IMG/VR virus record: IMGVR_UViG_3300033146_001127
Coordinates: 6,040-70,039 of that record
DNA: 64,000 nt
Direction: 5' to 3' (one strand)
DNA from: a virus
Positions 57,520 to 64,000 of this stretch are shown here, one piece after another. Positions within the stretch are counted from its first letter, which is position 1. Every line of letters begins with the position of its first letter. A program made the translations under genes and the position numbers. The notes below the pieces were generated by a model. It was given only the letters and a program-made list of their open reading frames with translations, made no database searches and had not been told where the DNA came from.

Positions 57520-58418
57520 TGAAATCATTTGATGGTGACAATGCTGTAATATTTGGACTTGTTATTGATCATAAATGTAATATAATTCCTATGGGTTCGT
57601 TATATGATTCAATTGAATATTTTTTGAATATATATGATGTTAATAATGATATCAAATTGTTATTTCATTTAATTCCTAATGATGGATTTATTGAAAGAAA
57701 TAAAACATACAAAAGATTTGAAAAAGAAGTAACTAATATTTTAAAAAAAATCAGAGATATAATTGAAATTCGGTATTATACCTCTGATTTTTCTTTTTTT
57801 GATAACATACATATTGTTGACATAAAACAATTATTTTTGAATAATAAATTTAATAAAATATTAACAATTGATATGTCAACTCCTCAAACATTTAAATCAT
57901 TTATTGCCAGAGCAAATGAAATTATTATCATACCAGAATTAACTAAATATCAATATTTTTATAAATCTAATAGAAATAAAGTTACATATTATACCGAAAT
58001 GCCATTTTGTTATTGTGATGTTCCTTATAGAATTAAATTTGATTTTGAGAGGACAAAATCAATAGATAATTTTGATAATAAATTATATGTTAATTATCCT
58101 AAATTGAATCCTTATGATGATATTGATGTTAAAAATAAAATAGAAAAAATAAATAAAGATGTTTTGATAAAAGAAGATAATTTTTTTTATGATTTGCATA
58201 AACATTTTAATGAATATATGTATATAAAATCATTAATGTGGTTTGACCCTCATCCAAAATTATTTCATGAGTGTAAATATTATAATAAAGAATATCATTA
58301 TTTTAATAGGTATAATATAAAAGATGGTTCATATTATAGATATAATTGGAGTTTGACTGATAAATTGAAAGATTTACAGTTGAATAAAGATGATATTATA
58401 ATAAGGATGATGAGTTAA
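57519..58418 (+). CDS. hypothetical protein, possibly glycosyltransferase-like
   Basis: C-terminal FDPHPKLFHECKYY loosely resembles the GT-B nucleotide-sugar motif. Confidence 0.4.
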   Translation: MKSFDGDNAVIFGLVIDHKCNIIPMGSLYDSIEYFLNIYDVNNDIKLLFHLIPNDGFIERNKTYKRFEKEVTNILKKIRDIIEIRYYTSDFSFFDNIHIVDIKQLFLNNKFNKILTIDMSTPQTFKSFIARANEIIIIPELTKYQYFYKSNRNKVTYYTEMPFCYCDVPYRIKFDFERTKSIDNFDNKLYVNYPKLNPYDDIDVKNKIEKINKDVLIKEDNFFYDLHKHFNEYMYIKSLMWFDPHPKLFHECKYYNKEYHYFNRYNIKDGSYYRYNWSLTDKLKDLQLNKDDIIIRMMS

Positions 58419-59236
58419 TGGAAATAGATAACACCAGAATAATATTTTCTCCAGAAAGGGGGTATACAACTTCTATATATAATTATTTTAAAAAAAGTAA
58501 TTATTATTATGTTTCTAAAGAAAAGGAATTTTTTAATGGTGAATATAGGGCAACAGAAGTGAATAATGATATGTATCTTAATTTATATGATAAAAATAAA
58601 ATATATATAGATTGTTCTTTTGTATATTTTGCTGATTATATAATAAATAAATTAGATGTTAAATTTACTAAAGATGTAATTTTATATAATTTAAGAGATT
58701 TAAATAGTTTTGTTAATTCTATGTATATAACTTTATTTTTTAATTTTCTTTTTACTGTTGATTTTTCTTATAAATTTATTATGGATACAATAATGTATAT
58801 TTATAATATAAAAAAATTTTTAATTAGAGTTAAGTTATATAAAAAATATAATGGTGAGATACATTTTATAAATGATTATAATTTTAATATCAATAGTATT
58901 ATATGTTATTATTGTTTGCCAAAGATTAATAGTACATTTTCAGTTGATAGTAATAGTAGGTATGAATTAATTGATAATATAAAGAGGAGAATTGGTACTG
59001 AATCTATTGATTATTATAATAATAAAATTGATATAATATATAACATGGAAAAATATATAAATGAATACAGGAATAAAATTGATATATTAAATGAAAATAA
59101 TATACGAATATTAAAAAAACAAAATTTTATATTAGGTTATTTTGACGAAGAATTATATAGGAGTAATTATAAAAAAAATATAATAAATAAAGAATATGTT
59201 GAAAAAATTGTCAATAGATTACCTACATTCATTTGA
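58418..59236 (+). CDS. sulfotransferase-like protein (diverged)
   Basis: SPERGYTTSIYNYF (5'-PSB-like), KEKEFF, DCSFVY, YNLRD. Confidence 0.5.
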   Translation: MEIDNTRIIFSPERGYTTSIYNYFKKSNYYYVSKEKEFFNGEYRATEVNNDMYLNLYDKNKIYIDCSFVYFADYIINKLDVKFTKDVILYNLRDLNSFVNSMYITLFFNFLFTVDFSYKFIMDTIMYIYNIKKFLIRVKLYKKYNGEIHFINDYNFNINSIICYYCLPKINSTFSVDSNSRYELIDNIKRRIGTESIDYYNNKIDIIYNMEKYINEYRNKIDILNENNIRILKKQNFILGYFDEELYRSNYKKNIINKEYVEKIVNRLPTFI

Positions 59237-60125
59237 TTGTTGTAACCATAAACTTATTTCAAAGGATGGAAGACAGCAACATTATATAGATTATTCTCAA
59301 CATTTCATTTTAAAATATCCAGAAATTAATAATTATTTACTTGTAGATAAACTTGGTTCTTACAATGAAATGTATTTCAAAGCAAAATCATTTTTTACTG
59401 ATAATGAATTAAGAAATTATACTTTTAATTATAAATTTAAAACATTAAATAATTTTTTTATAAATAGTGATATTTTATTATGTGATTTTGCCATGTTATC
59501 TCTTCTTATACAAAATAATCTTCCAATTAATAAATATAAAAAAATATTTATATTTGATTGTCTTGAATTGACGGTTTACTTTAGAAATGTTAAGATACCT
59601 AATGGTATAAGTAGAAATATATTGAATCGTAAAATAATAAAAGACTTCCTTGATATGAATACTAATAAATTGGTCTTTTTGGTTACACCATATAATTTCA
59701 ATGATGTTAATGGTTTTAATTATATAGAATACTACAAAAAAATAAATTTTAATTTGTTTAAGGATGAATTGTGTAAAAAACAATATAATGATGAACTTAT
59801 ATATTACTATTCATGTAATAACGAAGAGTTTGATGATCATTTTTTGATCAAATTATATTCTAAATATGATAATTTAGTAATAACAAAAAAGTATAGTGAT
59901 TTATTTTATTATAAAAATGTTTTATATACAGCAAAACCGTATGTTGGGTTCATAGAACAATTTGGTAGAATGATATTTGAGATGAGATATTTTGGTTGTA
60001 ATGTTATATTAGATCAGTCTTATCAGGTTGAGGATATAACAGGATTGGATTACTACTTGGATTATGGTGGTAGTCTTGATATATTAGATGATAATATAAT
60101 GGAAATAATAAATGAAAATATTTAG
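59196..60125 (+). CDS. hypothetical protein, possibly glycosyltransferase-like
   Basis: EQFGRMIFEMRYFG resembles the GT-B E-x-F-G-x4-E motif. Confidence 0.45.
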   Translation: MLKKLSIDYLHSFDCCNHKLISKDGRQQHYIDYSQHFILKYPEINNYLLVDKLGSYNEMYFKAKSFFTDNELRNYTFNYKFKTLNNFFINSDILLCDFAMLSLLIQNNLPINKYKKIFIFDCLELTVYFRNVKIPNGISRNILNRKIIKDFLDMNTNKLVFLVTPYNFNDVNGFNYIEYYKKINFNLFKDELCKKQYNDELIYYYSCNNEEFDDHFLIKLYSKYDNLVITKKYSDLFYYKNVLYTAKPYVGFIEQFGRMIFEMRYFGCNVILDQSYQVEDITGLDYYLDYGGSLDILDDNIMEIINENI

Positions 60126-61116
60126 TAATGATGAGTGGACTAATTTAAAAGAAGTTGTTGTGGGTGACACTTATTCAAATATGAATATAAATGTTGATGT
60201 TGCTTTTAAACTTTTTTATAAAGATTTGTATGATTGGGGTTGGTTGGATGAATCAAATATTAAAATTGAAATAAAATCAAAATATATTTATGAATTAAAT
60301 GAAGATATTGATTTATTTGTTAATACATTGATTGATAATGGTATAGTTGTATATAGACCATCTAAGATGAATAAAATTACAAAAATAGTAACCCCAAATT
60401 GGTCTAGTGAGACATTACCACCATTAAATGTTAGAGATCAAACAATCATTTTAGGTAATTCTATTATAGAAACCCCCCCAATGTTAAGAAATAGATATTA
60501 TGAAAATGATTTTTTAAAATATATTTTTAATGAAGCATTTGAAGATGGAGCTAGATGGTTAAATTTACCAAAATCTACATTATCAGATTCAGCGTTAAAT
60601 AATAATAATCAAATGATGATTGATGGTGCCCAATTTGTTAGATTCGGAAAAGATATAATAGTTAATGTTTCTAATAATTCTCATCAATTAGCTGTAGATT
60701 GGTTTATTAGAGAGTTCCCACAATATAATTTTCATGTTATTAGATCTTTAGTTATGAATCATTTGGATAGTTTTATTGTGCCATTATGTGAGGGGGTGTT
60801 GCTTCTTCGTAATAAAGAATTTTTGAAAATTATGCCAGATTTTTTAAAAGATTGGAAGATTATTTATCCACCTAAACCATCTCAAAATCAATTTCCAATA
60901 TATGGAGATAATGATGTTATTTTAACTACACCATATATAGATATAAATGTATTGTCGTTGGATGGGAATAAAATTATTTGTAATTCATTATTTCCAGAAT
61001 TAAATGAACTTTTATATAAAGAAGGTTTTGATCCTATACCAGTCCAACATAGACATAGACGTATTTTTGCTGGTGGATTTCATTGTTTTACGTTAGATTT
61101 GTTGAGGGGAAAATGA
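60112..61116 (+). CDS. amidinotransferase (glycine/inosamine-phosphate family)
   Basis: EWTNLKEVVVG, NVRD, IDGA, HLDS, INVLSLD, GGFHCFTLDL with catalytic Cys. Confidence 0.9.
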   Translation: MKIFSNDEWTNLKEVVVGDTYSNMNINVDVAFKLFYKDLYDWGWLDESNIKIEIKSKYIYELNEDIDLFVNTLIDNGIVVYRPSKMNKITKIVTPNWSSETLPPLNVRDQTIILGNSIIETPPMLRNRYYENDFLKYIFNEAFEDGARWLNLPKSTLSDSALNNNNQMMIDGAQFVRFGKDIIVNVSNNSHQLAVDWFIREFPQYNFHVIRSLVMNHLDSFIVPLCEGVLLLRNKEFLKIMPDFLKDWKIIYPPKPSQNQFPIYGDNDVILTTPYIDINVLSLDGNKIICNSLFPELNELLYKEGFDPIPVQHRHRRIFAGGFHCFTLDLLRGK

Positions 61117-62186
61117 GTACATATGCTATTGGTGATATACATGGTTGTCTACAGACATTTAATAAACTTTTAAATGAAATTGGATATGATAAATATAACG
61201 ATAAACTTATTTTATTAGGTGATTATATTGACAGAGGTGTTGATTCTAAAGGTGTACTAAAAAGAATTATTGAGTTACAAAAAGATGGTAATGTTATTGT
61301 TTTAATGGGCAATCATGAATATGATGCTTTATTGTCTGACACATATATAGAGTTTCATGATTGGATTGATAGTTTGCCATTTATATATGAAGATGATAAA
61401 TTTATATATGTTCATGCTGGGTTAAAACCATCTGTTGATTTATATAAACAATCAAAATATGATTTACTTAATATAAGAGGTGAATTTTTAAGAAATTATA
61501 ATAAATTTAATAAAAGAGTTGTTTTTGGACACACTCCCGTTGTTGTACCAAAAATAATGGATAATGGGATTATCCCAATTGATACTGGATGTGTTTATAC
61601 TCAAAATGGAAAATTAACTGCATTTAATGTTGAAGATGAATATTTTGTTTCTGTTGACAATATTGATGATATTAATCATAAAAAAGAACCATTTAAAAAG
61701 AAACTTATTAGAAATATAATTAATAATAATATAAATAAACAATATTTTGATATATCGGTTGGATGGTGGTTGGATAATGAAGTGATGACCCTTTATCATG
61801 GAACAAGTATTGATAATGTTGATAATATTATTTCAAATGGATTATTAGGTACTAATACTCATTTTATTCATTTAACATTTGATATGAATACCGCTTATGG
61901 GTTTTCTATATTCAAACATGGATATGAAGAATCATTAACTAATTTTCAGTTTAATAATAAAAATCAGCGGTGTTTGATTGAATTAAAATTTAACATTGAT
62001 GATTTTTTGTATAGAATATTGGATATTAATTTTTCATATGGCACTTCGTATAGTAGATTATCTGATCGTAAAGTTTATGATGATTTTATCGGAACTGATA
62101 ATGAATATTATAAGTACACTGAATTTATATTAACTGAATCAATAGAAAAAAAGTATATAACTAATATAATAAGGTGTAATATGTAA
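61113..62186 (+). CDS. PPP-family metallophosphatase fused to an ADP-ribosyltransferase/Tpt1-like domain
   Basis: GDIHG, GDYIDRG, GNHE, HAG, FGHT, IDTG; then LYHGTS..I..NGL...IHLT...E. Confidence 0.8.
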   Translation: MSTYAIGDIHGCLQTFNKLLNEIGYDKYNDKLILLGDYIDRGVDSKGVLKRIIELQKDGNVIVLMGNHEYDALLSDTYIEFHDWIDSLPFIYEDDKFIYVHAGLKPSVDLYKQSKYDLLNIRGEFLRNYNKFNKRVVFGHTPVVVPKIMDNGIIPIDTGCVYTQNGKLTAFNVEDEYFVSVDNIDDINHKKEPFKKKLIRNIINNNINKQYFDISVGWWLDNEVMTLYHGTSIDNVDNIISNGLLGTNTHFIHLTFDMNTAYGFSIFKHGYEESLTNFQFNNKNQRCLIELKFNIDDFLYRILDINFSYGTSYSRLSDRKVYDDFIGTDNEYYKYTEFILTESIEKKYITNIIRCNM

Positions 62187-62989
62187 TGTTAGGTCAAAGA
62201 ATTAAACCTAAATATTTAGATCAATTAAAAGAGTTTTTTGTAACACATTCGTTAGAAGATTTTCAAGTTATATATGACAACGAAAAGTTCTTTGTAGATT
62301 GGTTAAATGTTAGAACATTCAAGTTTACTAATTCAGGAACTTCAGCGTTGTATCTTATTTTACAACATATAAAAATAACAGAAGGATTGGGGTCTGAGTT
62401 AAAGGTTGTTGGTCCCGCATTTAGTCACGTTTCGTGGATCAATGTATGTGAATGGTTGGATATTCAATATGATTTTTTAGATGTAAAAAAAGAAACATTA
62501 AGTTTGAACCCAAATGAATTACAAAAAATGATAGATTTGGGGGATATTCCTAGTGTTGTTGTAATGATAGATATGGGTGGATATATTGGAGAAGACACAT
62601 TAAAAGTTAGAGAGATTTGTGATTTACATAATATTATTTTAATTGAAGATGCGGCACATGCTTTTGGACAATCTTATAACGGATATAAAGCAGGAACGAT
62701 TGGAGATTATTCATTTTTTTCATTTTCTAATCCAAAATTATTAACTTCTGGTGAAGGAGGGGCAATTGTCTCAAAACATCAGGAGTTAAATATAAAATTT
62801 GAAGAATTAATATATCAAGGTGGTTGGTATAGGTACAATAAAGAAAAACGAACACAAGGTTTGAATTTTATAATGTCAAATTGGATGACCGAATTATTAA
62901 AATACCAACTACAAGATATAGAAGAAATTCAAAAAGACTGGTTAGAAAAATTTAATAGTTTAAATAACAAAGACAATAAAATAAATTAG
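62186..62989 (+). CDS. DegT/DnrJ/EryC1/StrS PLP aminotransferase, possibly C-terminally truncated
   Basis: NSGTSAL, IEDAAHAFG, FSFSNPKLLTSGEGG. Confidence 0.88.
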   Translation: MLGQRIKPKYLDQLKEFFVTHSLEDFQVIYDNEKFFVDWLNVRTFKFTNSGTSALYLILQHIKITEGLGSELKVVGPAFSHVSWINVCEWLDIQYDFLDVKKETLSLNPNELQKMIDLGDIPSVVVMIDMGGYIGEDTLKVREICDLHNIILIEDAAHAFGQSYNGYKAGTIGDYSFFSFSNPKLLTSGEGGAIVSKHQELNIKFEELIYQGGWYRYNKEKRTQGLNFIMSNWMTELLKYQLQDIEEIQKDWLEKFNSLNNKDNKIN

Positions 62990-63071
62990 ATAACGTAATG
63001 TATCAAAGATATAAAAATATGGGTTATGAAACTCATATTAATTCACAATATTTACATGAACATTTAGTATA

Positions 63072-63836
63072 TTGGAAAATATAATGTGGTTTGAATTTAT
63101 TTTAACAACTAAATGTAATTGGAATTGTCCTTATTGTACATTCGATAGGATTTGTGATTATTATTTTAATATTGATATATTAAATAAACATGAATATATT
63201 TTTGATATAATGAATGATATTAAAAATAAAATTATAATCATAGAAGGTGGTGAAATTGGTTTTATAACGTCAAATGATTTACTTGAAAATTTGTTAAAAC
63301 GATTTGATAATAAGGTTATTGTCAATACTAATGGTTTATTTTTTAATGTTGATAGAAGTATGTTATACAAATATATTGATAAAGTATTTTATCATGTAGC
63401 ACCAGATGCAAAAAAATTGTTTAAAATTGAACCCCTTGATGTTCCTTTTAATGTAGTGTATGGTATAGTTGATGATAATATTGAAAATATTAATAGATTT
63501 ATAGAATATAATTCACATATAAATTTTGGTTATGTTGAAATTGAATATTCAAAGTATGATGATTATTTATATAATACTTGTTTTAATGAAATAAAAAAGT
63601 GTAATACATTGAATCCTTTTGTTAGTATTGATTTGTCTAGGGAGGTGTTATGTATGTGTACGTCTCGTGGTTGTCATGTCACTATTCCTTTGACCGAATC
63701 AAATTTAAAAAATGTTCTGAGTGGATATAATAATTTTGGATTTAATGATATGTGTTACACTTGTTATAGATTAAGTAAATGTTTTGATATTAGTAATGTT
63801 ATTAAACAAAAAATCTATATGAAAGATTTGTTATGA
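63072..63836 (+). CDS. radical SAM protein
   Basis: CNWNCPYC, EGGE, TNG; C-terminal Cys cluster; start uncertain. Confidence 0.85.
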   Translation: MENIMWFEFILTTKCNWNCPYCTFDRICDYYFNIDILNKHEYIFDIMNDIKNKIIIIEGGEIGFITSNDLLENLLKRFDNKVIVNTNGLFFNVDRSMLYKYIDKVFYHVAPDAKKLFKIEPLDVPFNVVYGIVDDNIENINRFIEYNSHINFGYVEIEYSKYDDYLYNTCFNEIKKCNTLNPFVSIDLSREVLCMCTSRGCHVTIPLTESNLKNVLSGYNNFGFNDMCYTCYRLSKCFDISNVIKQKIYMKDLL

Positions 63837-64000
63837 AAAAAGTAACTTTTCAAGATTTTGAAAAACAATGGTATTTTTCTTTAACTGAAAAATGTTCATG
63901 GGATTGTTGGTATTGTGATTTTCCGAAGATTAAAAAACCTAAACACGCTCCCATAGAATATGTATTAGAAGTCTTTGATATGATCAAAGATATTACAAAA
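63833..64000 (+). CDS. radical SAM protein, 5' part (runs off window)
   Basis: MKKVTFQDFEKQWYFSLTEKCSWDCWYCDFP. Confidence 0.8.
   Translation, partial: MKKVTFQDFEKQWYFSLTEKCSWDCWYCDFPKIKKPKHAPIEYVLEVFDMIKDITK

Noticed and set aside
62940-63085. Short DegT C-terminus with a coding-like remnant after the stop
   Set aside because: Resembles the other local deletions and cannot be separated from assembly error without reads
1-64000. Stop-codon reassignment as the cause of broken genes
   Set aside because: Core genes are intact in the standard code, TAA/TAG/TGA all terminate genes, and the breaks are frame changes rather than in-frame stops

Overview
This window is a 64-kb, very AT-rich segment of a large T4-superfamily-like (myovirus/jumbo-type) phage, read in the standard genetic code. 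About 1-29 kb, mostly on the minus strand, holds early and accessory genes: two DNA methyltransferases plus a putative restriction nuclease, a DGQHR protein, an ABC-ATPase/GNAT fusion, ThyX, an Rnl2-type RNA ligase, tRNA-Ile2(CAT), a CCA-adding enzyme, a Ro60/TROVE protein with a candidate Y RNA, MazG-like, FlaG-like and FlbD-like proteins, and two radical SAM enzymes. Many small genes there carry their own copy of a repeated promoter-leader cassette (8 copies). About 29-53.5 kb, on the plus strand, is the virion module: gp4, gp2, an actin-like ATPase, portal, protease, scaffold, major capsid protein, terminase subunits with PhoH between them, gp13/gp14 neck proteins and a chain of fibre genes. 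About 53.5-64 kb is a biosynthetic island and the best candidate for a new system. Two radical SAM/SPASM enzymes precede a protein with nine CxCxCNY repeats (27 Cys). That protein ends in the SDxRLK start of an S74 autocleaving chaperone, and the rest of the chaperone is a separate gene. Downstream lie sulfotransferase-like, amidinotransferase, phosphatase/ART-like, DegT aminotransferase and further radical SAM genes. A bipartite non-coding element with a compensatory base-pair change occurs twice in inverted orientation (17.3 kb and 40.0 kb). Several frame breaks (33.3, 33.9, 49.06, 51.84 and about 63.0 kb) may be assembly errors. All family assignments come from motif recognition by eye; no database searches were run.
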